A stretch of DNA of 64,000 nucleotides. Source: Octopus sinensis (taxonomy: Eukaryota). Made by a program: the position numbers and the translations under genes. Below the pieces are notes generated by a model. The model ran no database searches. It had not been told where the DNA came from and saw only the letters and a list, made by a program, of their open reading frames with translations. The stretch is from assembly GCF_006345805.1 (NCBI RefSeq), contig NC_043018.1, positions 13,826,001 through 13,890,000 of the forward strand, given 5' to 3'. Below are positions 1 to 12,549 of the stretch, one piece after another; the stretch's first letter is position 1, and each line of letters begins with the position of its first letter.

Positions 1-289
1 ATATATATTATATATATATATATACATATATATATATGCGAATGTCTGTGTCTGCCAGTAGTATTCGTCATAAGGTCCCTTATGATGTGTATACAGTTTT
101 CCTTTACCATATTGAACGAAAAAAAATATATATAGTATCTTTTTCGTTTGGTTTCCCCATAAAATACTCTTAAAAACAGAATGTTCATAGTGCAGAGAAT
201 ATAGACGCTATCTTAAAAAATGGTAAATATTATTGTTGTTATTATTATTAAAAATAGTTAACAGTTATCTGTTCGTCTCGTGTCTGAAT

Positions 290-367
290 CGGCTCACACA
301 CTCCGATTTTTCAAGTCCGGCTTTTAACTAAGAGCCGGACTTAGAACAATCGGAACGTGTTGACCCG
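290..367. ncRNA. Long imperfect hairpin, pre-miRNA-like (candidate)
   Basis: tccgatt(302-308)/aatcgga(348-354) and aagtccggct(313-322)/agccggactt(333-342) pair, with further pairing out to about 290/367; about 78 nt in non-repetitive sequence. Confidence 0.3.
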
Positions 368-562
368 TGAGATGCGTTCATCTGTGCTCAGTATATTCTG
401 ACGTCTGATGTCTGATGTGCAGCAAGAACACAATGGCTTGTTGGAAATTTGGTCGATTATTTTCGGCGAAGCTTCATCTTGAATAAATAACATCGATCTG
501 CGGTTGTGATATTTTCCTCTTCCTTTTTGTCCTTGGACTTTTCGTTTATTTATTTGCTACAG

Positions 563-606
563 TCTGACATACTCTTGGATCGTATCTGCTACAAGATCAT
601 CCAAAT
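563..606 (+). CDS. Candidate exon (SDILLDRICYKIIQ), unknown product
   Basis: Acceptor ttttcgtttatttatttgctacag, donor aat|gtaaga; frame open and phase-compatible with 10390. Could be a UTR exon or chance. Confidence 0.3.
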
Positions 607-1201
607 GTAAGATTTATGTTATTCACTTTGGAAAATTTATCTCTCGAAAATGAAGAAAATATTCTTACCTATTAAATAAAAGAAAAGTGCATTTTAAATC
701 TTTCAGTCAATGCGGGTAACGGCTTTAAGCTTAGTCATTTCCCCTAGCGCTTTTTTCTATGCTGTCATACTGTTTGTGATTTTCTGCACTTGTTGATTTT
801 ATGTCTGCGCCACCATCAACACTACCACCGGTGAGGTTAGTACTATGTGTGGTACACTTCTTGAAACTGTTAATAGTGAGGTTTCATTCGGCGTTGTGTA
901 TATCGTGGATCGACGTATATGACTCTTAACCTACACGGTAGGGCATTCTTCCGCTTAATCTGATCTCACAAAGACATATCACGCGAGAGAGCTACGGGAT
1001 CGCAGCGCTGGTTGCTTAGAGAAGACGTTAGATTTTAATGAATAAAATATTTAAGTCAGTAAAATATATTTCAAACATGCTTGCAAAGATGCCTTTGTCG
1101 GAATACAATATAAAGAGCAGAAAAAAGGTGTTAAAAGTGAGCAGAAACTATGCTTGACGATGTGCCGAGATCCAATATAATTTCCTTAAATAAATACTCA
1201 C

Positions 1202-1216
1202 CGTCGTTAGTATTTT
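1202..1216 (-). CDS. Candidate 15-nt microexon
   Basis: Minus strand ttttttatag|aaaatactaacgacg|gtgagta; length is a multiple of 3. Confidence 0.2.
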
Positions 1217-2053
1217 CTATAAAAAATTTAATATATGGACACTGCGAGGGCGAACTGGCATAATCGTTTACACGTCAGGCAAAATTCTGAGCAAAATCTC
1301 ATCTGTCTTGACGTTCTGGGTTCAAATGCCGCCTGGGTCTACTTTGCATTTCATACTTTCGGATTCGATAAATAAGTGATAGTTGAGTACGGGGGCGTCG
1401 ATGCAGTCGACTCAGTCCCTCAGCCAAATTGCTTGACATGTGCCAAAATTTGAAACCAGTATATGGACGTTTTTTTGTGTAAATTCCTGAGAGATGGGCA
1501 AGTGGTATGTGAGATATTATATAAAAATATTGGTAATAAACTACTCTGCCAAATTAGCTTCCCTTACATCAAAATACTCAACTGTTGTTGTTTGTAAAGA
1601 TGAGGGAAAGGCATTGTCGACTGAGACTACGTGACAAGTTGGTCTTTCTACTGATTACGTTCTTGTTGCATTTGATCTGCAATATTATTCAGTTATATTT
1701 TTTATCGCACGGAACTGAATAGCAGTCAGAATTGTTATTCATGTGACGGATGAAATTTGGAATGAAATAAAAAAACAACCTATTATAGACACAACATTTG
1801 CATCAACTCTATTGTTCTGTGAGACGATTGGGAAATAAATATTTTAAATTAAGCGTTATATATATGTATATATATATATATTTAAAAGGTATGAAGAATG
1901 GGATTTCTACATTTATTTGTGCATTAGAGATTTACAACTGTTTCTGATATGCATTTTGGGTGCGTTCATCGTTTAGTTTACTGAGCGGTTCGATTAAAAA
2001 CATCGTGAACGACTGTTTAGGTAATGAGCAAAGAAAGACAACAAAACGAGAGG

Positions 2054-2103
<50 letters not shown>

Positions 2104-2109
2104 GTGTGT

Positions 2110-2412
2110 GCGTTTTTTGTTTGTTTCTTCTCGAGCTATCCCTGGCTCATAGGGCCGGTTTCCCGGTTTCCTTTCTGTATAGGTACTTCGCCTGGAAGGG
2201 ACGCGAGTCCGTCGCAGGTGATCTGCAAGAAGCAGGAAGAAAGAGTGAGAGAAAGATGTGGCGAAAGAGTCAGCAGAAGTTCACCATTACCTTCTACCGG
2301 AGCCGCGATGAGCTTAGGTGTTTCGCTCATAAACACACATCGCCCGGTCTGAGATTCGAACCCGCAATCCCTCAACCGCAAGTCCGCTGCTCTAACCACT
2401 AGGCTATGTGCC
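2110..2412 (-). mobile_element. SINE family C (tRNA-like head) with V-domain-like tail
   Basis: Head ...gtggttagagcagcggacttgcggttgagggattgcgggttcgaatctcagaccggg with A/B-box-like motifs; body shared with 7480-7835, 40770-41090 and 47690-48072. Confidence 0.75.
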
Positions 2413-2676
2413 GCCGCGTGTGTGCGTTTAAACTCAACAAATCAGCAGGGCAGCTACTTTAATTCGTAGGTTCGAGTTTTGCAACAAGCACCGTCCTCTT
2501 ATAGTCTTTGCCAACTTAGTACAGTCGTATTGTAGCAGACAAAATACTAGAGATAAATTGTCTTCAATCTCGTTCTATAGTTACAATCTTTTAGAGCGTT
2601 CGCTACATTCGTAATTCTTTCAACACGTTTTCAATAATTATAATAAAATAGTGGCAATGAAAATTTGGAAAGAGAC

Positions 2677-2850
2677 GAACCAGTATTTTCTCGTGGACAA
2701 TTAATGGCATCACCTTCAAGAACCTTTTCACTTACTGATATAAGGTGAAAATAATCAATAACTCTCAAGAGAAACAAAGTGACAATTGCATAACAAAGTA
2801 TATTATTTACAAAAGTGATCTCTATTAAGATTACATTTTCAATTCTGGCT
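2677..2850 (+). pseudogene. Helitron PIF1-type helicase C-terminal remnant
   Basis: gaaccagtattttctcgtggacaatta = EPVFSRGQL, matching the PVFSHGQL motif also seen at 42.1 kb; frame decays afterwards. Confidence 0.5.
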
Positions 2851-3062
2851 TTATGGTATTTTCACCGACTCAAGAATGAAACGCATCAGAAAAATTAGAT
2901 TCAGAATGAAGTATCGTCCAGAGCAACTTTACATTTCAACATTGTGAAATCTATGAATTAAAGTACCAGTCACATACTGGGCTCCACATAATTAACTGTT
3001 TAATTCTCCAACATTTCTGGTCTTAAGCCTGTGTAAAACTGTTGTTGCTATCAGCATTATTA

Positions 3063-3114
<52 letters not shown>

Positions 3115-3320
3115 GCTGGCAGAAACGTTAAGCACGCCGGCCGAAATGCTTAGCGCTATTTCGTCTGCCGGTACATTCTTTGTTCAAATTCCGCCGACGT
3201 CGACTTTGCCTTTCATTCTTTCAGGGTCGATAAATTAAGTACCAGTCAAGTACTGAGGTCGACGTAATCGACTATCCATCTCCCCACAAATTCCAGGCCT
3301 TGCCCCTAAAGTAGAAATGA
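3115..3320 (+). mobile_element. SINE family A (short-tail variant)
   Basis: ctggcagaaacgttaagcacgccgg...gttcaaattccgccg...gactttgcctttcattctttcagggtcgataaattaagtaccag; similar copies at about 1245, 4345, 11320, 20500, 21400, 22820, 23130, 38670, 40310, 49630 and 61190. Confidence 0.8.
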
Positions 3321-3440
3321 TTATTATTATTATTATTATTATTATTATTTGTTAAAAAAATGTGCCTTGAATGGCCCAACGATGCACCATAATAATAAAA
3401 ATGGACTATAATAGCTGTTATAATTTAATTATCCAGAGTC

Positions 3441-3496
3441 TGATATAATAATAATAATAATATTTCGGAATACTAAAATTCCTTCTTCAGATATCA
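3441..3496 (-). ncRNA. Minimal type-I hammerhead-like motif interrupted by (ATT)4
   Basis: Minus: tGATAT CTGAAGA a GGAAT tttagt ATTCC GAA ATAT T [att]4 ATATCa. Confidence 0.55.
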
Positions 3497-3753
3497 CTAG
3501 GAAATATTCGAGTCACTGCTACAATCGGTTTTACAAAAGGTTACTGAATTTTTTTTCTGGACGCGTCTCTGCATTGGTCTCACGAAGCTCATTCCGGAAT
3601 TCCTCATCAATTATTATTATTATTATATCAGACTATTGTAACAGTTATTATAGTACATTGTTCTTATTATAGTGCATTGTTGTGTCATTCATTATATTTT
3701 ACAAGCAATACACAATGCTTCAAGCGAACTACAATATTCTCCTATTATAATTA

Positions 3754-3806
<53 letters not shown>

Positions 3807-4136
3807 TCGGAGTCAATAAAATAAGTACCAGTTGAACACTGGGGTCGATGTAATCGACTCATCCCCTAGCCCAAAATGGCTACCCTTGTTGCAAAAATTA
3901 GAGAATATTATTATTGTTATCATTATTTCAAGTATGAACACAGACACAGATGCGCCACTTGTTATCACTTTCTTGATAGATTACCCCCCCCCCACTGCCT
4001 GTCTCTATATTTGTTTTCTTGTGTTCTTCGCACTGACTGACTAACAGAAAAATCTAATTTGGTACAAATGAATTCCGATGAGGAAACAATCTTGACAACA
4101 ACAAATCGCTGTTCTTCAACAAAACAAATTTGCCAA

Positions 4137-4192
4137 AATTGGTATTTACCAGAATTGGTATTTACCAGAATCGGTATTTACCAGAATCGGTT
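4137..4192. repeat. 16-bp tandem repeat x3.5 (aattggtatttaccag)
   Basis: Direct reading of the sequence; each unit contains the small palindrome tggta-tt-tacca. Confidence 0.9.
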
Positions 4193-5104
4193 TTCTTTTG
4201 TTTTTTAAATTTTTTTTCCCGTTTTTTTTCTCTTTCTACTTTCCAAATTGTCATTATGACAGTTCTTTCCAACGGAAATATTTTAAGATTTGTTGGATAA
4301 AAATGTTTACAGCATTCTAGAATTTCTCAAGGAAAAAATAATAATTGATCAAAAGTCCAAGAAACGGCATTTCATCCGTATTTACATTCTGAGTTCAAAT
4401 TCCGCCGAAGTCGACTTTTCCTTTCGTGCTTCTGGAGTTTATAAAATAAGTAGCAGTTGTACACTGGGGCCTCTCTCCCCCAAACCTCCAGGCCTTGTGC
4501 CAAAATTGGAAACGAATATGAAAGTTAAATCTTAGCTAAACGTCAAAAATAAATAAATGTATATGAACGTGACGAAAGCCCCATCAAAGTGGTGTAGAAT
4601 CGTGTTATTACTTTTTAAAATATCTCACGGTATTTTAAAAAATATCTCACATAAAATACCAGTTAACTAATGGAATTAATGGCATACACTCACACCACCC
4701 AATGAAAATTTCTTGCCTTGGACCAAAATTAGAGTTTTCCTATAAAGTTTACGGTTATAAGATTCCCGTTGTGAGTCGGGTGGATTTCTATAACACAGAA
4801 CGTTTTGATCATTTATATTAAATAACTGAATAGACCATACTTTCTTTACCGAAAAATGGCAGTAAGAAAGCTGTTTGGTGGAGACATTTTGTTGGCAATT
4901 CCGTGGTTCTTGTTTCTTACCTGCCGCGGGCGCCTTGAGAATCTTTTACCATAGCAAAATGTCCATTATGTCGACGAGTACCAAGTTGCAAATGGAGTCT
5001 TCGAGACGAAGCTTAGGCGAAATCTGGTTGTTTGTGTGTGTGTGAGTGAATGTATGTATATGTATATATATATGTATATGTATGTATGTATGCACCTATA
5101 TATA

Positions 5105-5155
<51 letters not shown>

Positions 5156-5176
5156 ATAATATATATATATATATAT

Positions 5177-5230
<54 letters not shown>

Positions 5231-5797
5231 CTTTCGGCGATATATATTGGAGAAAGATGTAAACATCGACAAGAAAACTTCTGCTTTTGTACGAACGAAA
5301 CACACCGCGTAGCATTCATGTATTTATGTATTTATGTATTTATCCACCGCTCCCGCATTCCCCACCATATTTCTGATACTGTCTTCTTTCGTTATATTTC
5401 CCATTCTAAAATGGTTGGTCTGCTGGAAGCCTATAAGCAACGACGCTATTGTTAAAGACATGAATGGCCAATTGGAAACCTATATAACTGAGTATGCTAT
5501 TGTTCAGAAAATACTCTATAAAATAGAAAAGAATAAAATAGAAACAGACGTCGAAGATATAAGAAAATTCTTTAACACAAAACAGGAAGTTAGTAACATA
5601 TTTCACTAGCATTTATTTTAGGCATTTCATGGGCCTCGAAATATAACATTACCAATATATTACCTTCGTGAGAGTCGAACTCAGCAAACCCTTAATGTTC
5701 TGAGGAGAATGCCGTGACACTACTTCACGAAAATCAATGCTAGTTGATACCTTTGGTATTTGCTTTGCCTTCATGTGTACCTAGAATTTTGTCTCCT

Positions 5798-6030
5798 ATT
5801 TCTTTACTACCCACAAGGGGCTAAACACAGAGAGGACAAACAAGGACAGACAAAGGGATTAAGTCGATTACATCGACCCCAGTGCGTAACTGGTACTTAA
5901 TTTATCGACCCCGAAAGGATGGAAGGCAAAGTCAACTTCGGCGGAATTTGAACTCAGAACGTAACGGCGGACGAAATACGGCTACGCATTTCACCCGGCG
6001 TGCTAACGATTCTGCCAGCTCGCCGCCCTT
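5798..6030 (-). mobile_element. SINE family A, full-length long-tail copy
   Basis: Minus: ggcggcgagctggcagaatcgttagcacgccggg...gagttcaaattccgccg...tail ttagccccttgtgggtagtaaagaaatag. Confidence 0.85.
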
Positions 6031-6229
6031 TGTATCCGTTTTAGAATTTTGTATCCGTTTTGCACTTACTTACATCATAGGCATTTTATGCCAACCCATC
6101 AGCAATTATTCGAAACAATTGTAAAGATAAAACTTGATTACATCATCTAAATTAATTGTTGCCACTTTTCATTAAGTACATTCCTTACGCCTGTTATCGT
6201 TTATCTGTCTTTACACAAACACACACACG

Positions 6230-6300
<71 letters not shown>

Positions 6301-6649
6301 CAAAATAAGCAACAAGGTTATCCAGAGGTAATGCAGTACGATCGTTTCATGCGACTCTATTTAATTGAACAATGCAAATATTACATCAGTCTTAAAATGT
6401 AGAGCAATATTCAGCTGCATAAAACTATAGAATTCAGTTAAATTCAAAGGATTCATTTGCATAGTTATTCTATTAACCAAAATCACAAAGAGAATAAGTA
6501 GATAGACAGAGACAGGTTTCAGCAACAACATTGTAGTTGTAACTGATATGTTTTCACAGGATTCATTTCTATAGAATAACTATACAACTTTTATGTTCAA
6601 CATAATTGGCTGTTCCTTCCTACCAAATATTCTGACCGTGTATTTGTGT

Positions 6650-6840
6650 TGTAAGTAGCTTGCTTACCAACCACATGGTTCCGGGTTCATTCCCTCTGCG
6701 TGGCACCTTGGGCACGTGTCTTCTACTATAGCCTCGGGCCGATCAGAGCCTTGTGAGTGGATTTGGTAGACCGAAACTGAAAGAAGCCCGTCGTATATAT
6801 GTATATGTGTATATGTATATTATATATATTATATATATAT

Positions 6841-6884
<44 letters not shown>

Positions 6885-7110
6885 ATATAATATATATATA
6901 TATATGTATGTGTGTGTATGTGTTTGCGTGTCTGTGTTTATCCCCCCAACATCGCTTGACAACCGATGCTAGCGGTTCGGCAAAAGAAATCGATAGACTA
7001 AGTCCTAGGCTTACAAAGAGTAAGTCCTGGGGTTCGATTTGCTCGACTAAAGGCAGTGCTCCAGCATGGCCACAGTCAAATGACTGAAACAAATAAAAGG
7101 CTAAAAGATT
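6650..7110 (+). mobile_element. SINE family B with internal (TA)n/(TG)n microsatellite
   Basis: tRNA-like head gtaagtagcttgcttaccaaccacatggttccgggttc, body ...gaaactgaaagaagcccgtcg, tail ...ccagcatggccacagtcaaatgactgaaac. Confidence 0.85.
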
Positions 7111-7479
7111 AAAGAGTATATTATGTTGTCACAGTAAGAAATGTTAAATAAGAACCTTCTAGAAAATACCAGCATTTGTTTTCCTTGAGAACACCTGAAG
7201 GAATATGTTCTAGTAACATTATATCAACCAGACTATCGGATGTTCTTATACACCACTGGTCACGATACGCTTCCACGCATTGTAGGTGGGCAGGTTGCCA
7301 TTTACTCTGAATCATACATTCAGCTGTCAAGTTGAGACATTACAGATGATTTGACATTAGAGTAATGTCAAGAAGACATGACGGCTGCGTAGACATTTCA
7401 CGTTGCTGCAGTCTACTCGGCCGTAAAACGTTATCCGTTTACAGGTGAGTGAACGGAATCAAGGTGAAATGAAATGTTT

Positions 7480-7835
7480 TTCTCAAGGACAGAACGCATC
7501 GCCCGTGCGTGAATCGAAACAGTGATCACAAGGCCATGGGCTATCCTAATATACAGCCAGGCTCATGGGCCCGGTTTCCCGGTTTCTGTGGCGTATGTGC
7601 TCCCCCACTAGCTGGACGGGACACATCGCAGCGTTACTCAAGAAACAGGAAGAGAGAGTGCGAGAAAGTTGGGACGAAAGAGTACAACAGGGGTCGCTAC
7701 CACCTCCTGCCGGAACATCGTGAAGTTTTTAGGTGTTTTCGCTCAATAAAAACACGCAACGCCCGGTCTGGGAATCGAAACCGCGATCCTCCGACCGCGA
7801 CTCCACTGCTCTAACCACTGGGCCATTGCACCTCT
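7480..7835 (-). mobile_element. SINE family C copy
   Basis: Head caatggcccagtggttagagcagtggagtcgcggtcggaggatcgcggtttcgattcccagaccggg; tail with agaaaccgggaaaccgggcccatgagcc. Confidence 0.75.
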
Positions 7836-8453
7836 ATATTTTTTTATTTTATTGACTCCAAAAGCATCAAAGGCTTAGTTGACCTCAGCGGGATTTGAAC
7901 TCAGAGTGAAAAGTCGGACGAGTGCCGCAAACCATTTTACCGAGCGTTGTAACGAATCTGTATACAGTAAGCCCGAAATTTGGAGGAGGTGGCTAGTCGA
8001 TTACATCGACCCTAGCACTCAACTGGTACTTAATTTATCGACCCCGATGGATAGTAGGCAAAGTCAACCTCCGCGGAATTTGAACTCAGAACTTAAAGAC
8101 GGACAAAATGCTGCTAAGCATTTTTGCCCGGCGTGCTAACGATTCTACCAGCTCGCCGCCTTCCTCTAATGTAATAGCGACAGAAGAATAAATGTATCCC
8201 ACACAATTTCTAAATTCCCTGCAAGCTGCAAGAGTTGAACATAAATTTTCGAGTAAGAAAAGTCAGTAGAAATGTGTCGTACAAGATAAACTGATACTTT
8301 ACGTTAAACGATTCTCTTAAAGGTGATAAATGCTCTTCTACTAATATATTCTCTCTGGTTTGAATTATTGATTAGTTTTCTCACTGGTACAGCTATTGAC
8401 TTACTAGCATTGTCGCGTTCTCTCCTTCCAAAATGCCATCGTTATATTCTTAC

Positions 8454-8483
8454 ATTCTTAAACTGATCTCGGTATCTTGACAC
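8454..8483 (-). CDS. Candidate 30-nt microexon ([10 protein letters not shown] or CQDTEISLR)
   Basis: Minus: aattacatatttgtag|gtgtcaagataccgagatcagtttaagaat|gtaagaa. Confidence 0.2.
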
Positions 8484-8500
8484 CTACAAATATGTAATTA

Positions 8501-8600
<100 letters not shown>

Positions 8601-8760
8601 GTCTGTCTGTCTATCTATCTATGGGAGTAATGCATTGGGATATAAAAACATACTATATATATAGAAAGAAAGAGTGATATAGATATACAGATAAATAAGA
8701 TTAAGCTTGATATAGATAAATATATATACATAGTACATACATACATACATGCATACATAA

Positions 8761-8797
<37 letters not shown>

Positions 8798-9140
8798 CAT
8801 ACATAAATAGATAAATAGATAGATGCAAAAGAAGATATATTAAGAAGATAAACATATATATACAAGCTTATTGATATTTATGCATATTGACAAACAGATT
8901 TCCTTTACCATGGAGTATAAAAAAAACCAGAGAAAACGGAGAGAATGCGTAGTTCCTAAAATGACAGCTGTTCCTCGGAGCTTCGAAACAGCTGTCGACA
9001 AAAAAAAGCAATATGTCCTCCCTTTTGGTTTCTGTTTTTTTTTAATACTTCATGTAAAAGTATATTTATTTCTCCATATATATTTATATCCTTGTATTTA
9101 TACATTTATCATCTCATATTTAATTTTTCTATTATATATT

Positions 9141-9182
<42 letters not shown>

Positions 9183-9424
9183 TGTGTGTGTGTGTGTGTT
9201 TGTGTTTATGTATGTGTATTTATACATAGCAAGCCTACTCATGCTGTTTATCGGCATCACTATACTTCGTATCAGTTCACCAACATTTCTCCTATAGCGA
9301 CACTTTAATAGAGACTTCAGAGTATATGTTCGAATAATTTGAACGCTAAATGCGTGCTTCCTATATTGAACCTCATCACTAGATCTCACCTGTTGATTGT
9401 ATATATATATATTATATATATATA

Positions 9425-9825
9425 GGCGCAGGAGTGGCTGTGTGGTAAGTAGCTTGCTTACCAACTACATGGTTCCGGCTTCAGTCTCACTGCTTTGCAT
9501 CTTGGGCATGTGTCTTCTGCTATAGCCCCGGGCCGACCAAAGCCTTGTGAGTGGATTCGGTAGACCGAAACTGAAAGAATCCTATCGTATATATGTATAT
9601 ATATATATGTATGTGTGTGTATATGTTTGTGTGTCTGTGTTGGTCCCCCTAGCATTGCTTGACAACCGATGCTGGTGTGTTTACGTCCACGTCACTTAGC
9701 GGTTCGACAAAAGAGACCGATAGAATAAGTACTGGGCTTACAAAGAATAAGTCCGGGGTCGATTTGCTCGACTAAAGGCGGTGCTCCAGCATGACCGCAG
9801 TCAAATGACTGAAACAAGTAAAAGA
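9425..9825 (+). mobile_element. SINE family B, full-length
   Basis: Starts ggcgcaggagtggctgtgtggtaagtagc, ends aaatgactgaaacaagtaaaagagt. Confidence 0.85.
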
Positions 9826-9844
9826 GTATATATATATAATATAT

Positions 9845-9881
<37 letters not shown>

Positions 9882-9898
9882 CGGAAAATAGAAATAAA

Positions 9899-9936
9899 CT
9901 GTCCGATGAACGGCAACGGGAAACTCAGAGTAACAG
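9899..9936 (+). ncRNA. Minimal hammerhead-like motif (CCGAUGA core variant)
   Basis: CTGT CCGATGA a-cg GCAA cg-g GAA ACTC a GAGT A ACAG: stem I 4 bp, GNRA-capped short stem II, stem III 4 bp with 1-nt loop, GUA triplet. Confidence 0.5.
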
Positions 9937-10282
9937 GTTTTGTTGAATTTTCTGCTGCTTAAATAAAGTATATATATATATATATATTATATATATATAT
10001 ATATATATTATATATACGGCGATGTATAAATATGTGTGTGTATGCATGCATGTACGTATATGTATGTGTATATAATGGGTAAAAAGTTGTAAATGTGTAA
10101 AAAAGGGACATTAATAGTTGGCATTGTCAGCTTTGTAATATTCTTACAGTTCAAATATGCTTGAGGCACGTTCGAACAGGGGGATAAGCCATTAACTCTG
10201 TGTTGCCATGGAGAAAATCTCTCGTTATTGACAAATGGTGTGGATACGCCGATATCAGTTCGCAGCGCAACCTATGGGAGAC

Positions 10283-10330
10283 TATGAGACGCCAGCATTT
10301 CGGAGTAGTTGTCTTCTCTTCAGTCTCATA
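10283..10330 (-). ncRNA. Minimal hammerhead-like motif with GUC cleavage triplet
   Basis: Minus: TATGAga CTGAAGA GAAG acaacta CTCC GAA ATGC tg GCGT C TCATA; one mismatch in stem II. Confidence 0.5.
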
Positions 10331-10389
10331 CACCAGGCAGGCGACGCTGCCAACTGATGAAAGAGATTGTCTCTCTTATGCTATTTCAG

Positions 10390-10464
10390 TCCCCGTACAG
10401 TGACTGGTAGCGCTATGCGGCAGCTCACCGTTAGTAAATTACAAGGAGAAGCGCCTAAGCAGAG
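10390..10464 (+). CDS. Candidate exon (PRTVTGSAMRQLTVSKLQGEAPKQ), unknown product
   Basis: Acceptor ttgtctctcttatgctatttcag, donor gag|gtaagta; only one frame open; 75 nt, phase 2 to 2. Confidence 0.33.
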
Positions 10465-10627
10465 GTAAGTATAATTGCAATGTTATTACCATTGCAAATA
10501 TGCTTGGGCCACGTTTGAACTGGGGAACTAGACCTTCACTGTGATTTGTCATAGAGAAATTTATTAAAGCTTTGCTTTGCTTTCATCTTCGCGGATCAAG
10601 AAAATGGAAGTACCAGTCAAATACTGA

Positions 10628-11165
10628 TCTCTTATATAAAATCTGTTCTGTCTGTCTGTCTGTCTGTGTGTCTTCTAGGATCTCGGGCATCCTCCATCTG
10701 ATTGCGCTCAAATTTGATATGTAGATACCGACGGTATCAGGTCGTGTACAAGCCTTGAAAAAATTACAAAAATCGATTCCAGGTAAGAATGCAACCGATA
10801 AAGCCGTTTTTGTCCTGCTTTTCTTCCGTCAACCTTTACATAACTACACCTTCCATTTTTTGTTATTTTTCTACTGCTTAAAGGCACGTTTCTCCCTCCT
10901 GCCAAGCTCACTATTTAAACCATGTTTTTGTTCTCCCAGTCAACAGCCTTATCATTACTGGTACTTTAAACACTTCGGTTGCATATTTGTGTGAATAAAA
11001 TCGTTTTTCCTTAGAATAGAAAAAGTCTATCTTTATTTCATTTTTCTCAAGTGTTTCTCAAAGGTGAGGCCTATGGGACGGTCGGACAGGTTGTTTTGAG
11101 AAAATTTGGTTTAAATGTTTGACAACTCATCACCGTCCATTGGACGGGGGACGTTTTGCTCGTTG
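10628..11165 (+). mobile_element. Non-autonomous Helitron-like element, 3' end missing
   Basis: Begins A|TC then (ctgt)n; high similarity to 16492-16996 over two blocks. Confidence 0.6.
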
Positions 11166-11591
11166 TCAATATAGATCGACTCACTCTGAAACTGGTGGTC
11201 TTGTACTAAGGTTTGAAACTATAAGTTAACTCTACGTAAACTGCCAAGCTGGCAGAATCTTTAATGCATCGGACAAGATGTCCTTTCCCACTCTTTACAT
11301 TTCAAGGTTATGTAATTATGGTTTCCAATTTTGGCACAGGGCCAGCAATTTCGTGGACGAAACCAGCCGATTACATCTATCCCAGTGCTCAACTGGTACT
11401 TATTTTATTGACCCCCAAGGGATGAAAGGAAAAGGCAACCTCGGCGGAATTTGACTCGGAACGTAAAGACAGCTGAGATGGTGCTAAGCATTTTGCCCGA
11501 CTCAGTAGCAATCCTGCCAGGTCACCGCCGTCAGATTAAGAAATCATAACTCTCAAGAATGCTACAATTTTAATTTACACACACACATGTA

Positions 11592-11668
<77 letters not shown>

Positions 11669-11673
11669 GAGTG

Positions 11674-12021
11674 TGTGCGCGCGCATGCGTATATATGAGA
11701 GACTCACCCGTCGTTAGACGACGTATGAGTGTTCTCACAATTTCTTACCGAACAACCACACAGATGATTTGTTTATAGTGATCAAATGTTCGTGTACACA
11801 TAAGCTCACTCCCTCCCTCCATCAAATCGGTAGCATCTGTTTTCGCACAATAAAAACTCACAACGCCCACTCTGGGAATCGAATCCGCTATCCCACCACC
11901 ACGAGACCGCTCCCCTAATCACTTGGCCATTGCGCTTCCACGACACACACACACATATATATAATGTATGTATGCACACATGTAAAAGAAATGCATGAGT
12001 GTGTGCGTTATCTGTTGCTAC

Positions 12022-12053
<32 letters not shown>

Positions 12054-12071
12054 CATATATATATGTGTGTG

Positions 12072-12134
<63 letters not shown>

Positions 12135-12514
12135 ATGTGTGTGTGTGCATATATATATATATATGCACACGTTAGCTTGTCTTTGAAAATACTTGGGTTT
12201 TACCGAGAAACAGCTTGTTTTAACAACAAAATAAATCTCCATAAAGTCTGGATATATGTTGCTGTTGTACGACTTGCTGACTGCTTTGAGAAACATGTAT
12301 GTATGCATGCATGTAGGTATGTATGTATGTGTGGATGCATGTATATATGCATTCACACATGGCTATATATATATACCGGAGTAAACACAACTGTTTTCGC
12401 TCAATAAGGTGTTTTCGCACAATAAAAACTCACAACGCCCACTCTGGGAATCGAATCCGCTATCTCACCACCACGAGACCGCTGCCCTAATACGTACACA
12501 CACATATATGTATG

Positions 12515-12549
<35 letters not shown>

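Noticed and set aside
2330-2412. tRNA-like sequences with A/B boxes (also 11860-11940, 12655-12730, 47990-48070)
   Set aside because: They are SINE heads: no complete cloverleaf, and each continues into a repeated SINE body.
3556-3612. Minus-strand TTGATGA...GAGACGCGTC motif
   Set aside because: Two core mismatches and a 34-nt unpaired spacer; at best fused relics.
8963-8996. 10-bp inverted repeat ending in GAAACAGCTGTC
   Set aside because: Stem III and GUC look hammerhead-like but the CUGANGA core is unrecognisable; kept only as a small hairpin.
10354-10380. CTGATGA followed by an AGAGA/TCTCT stem on the plus strand
   Set aside because: No GAAA or stem III follows, so the hammerhead core is incomplete.
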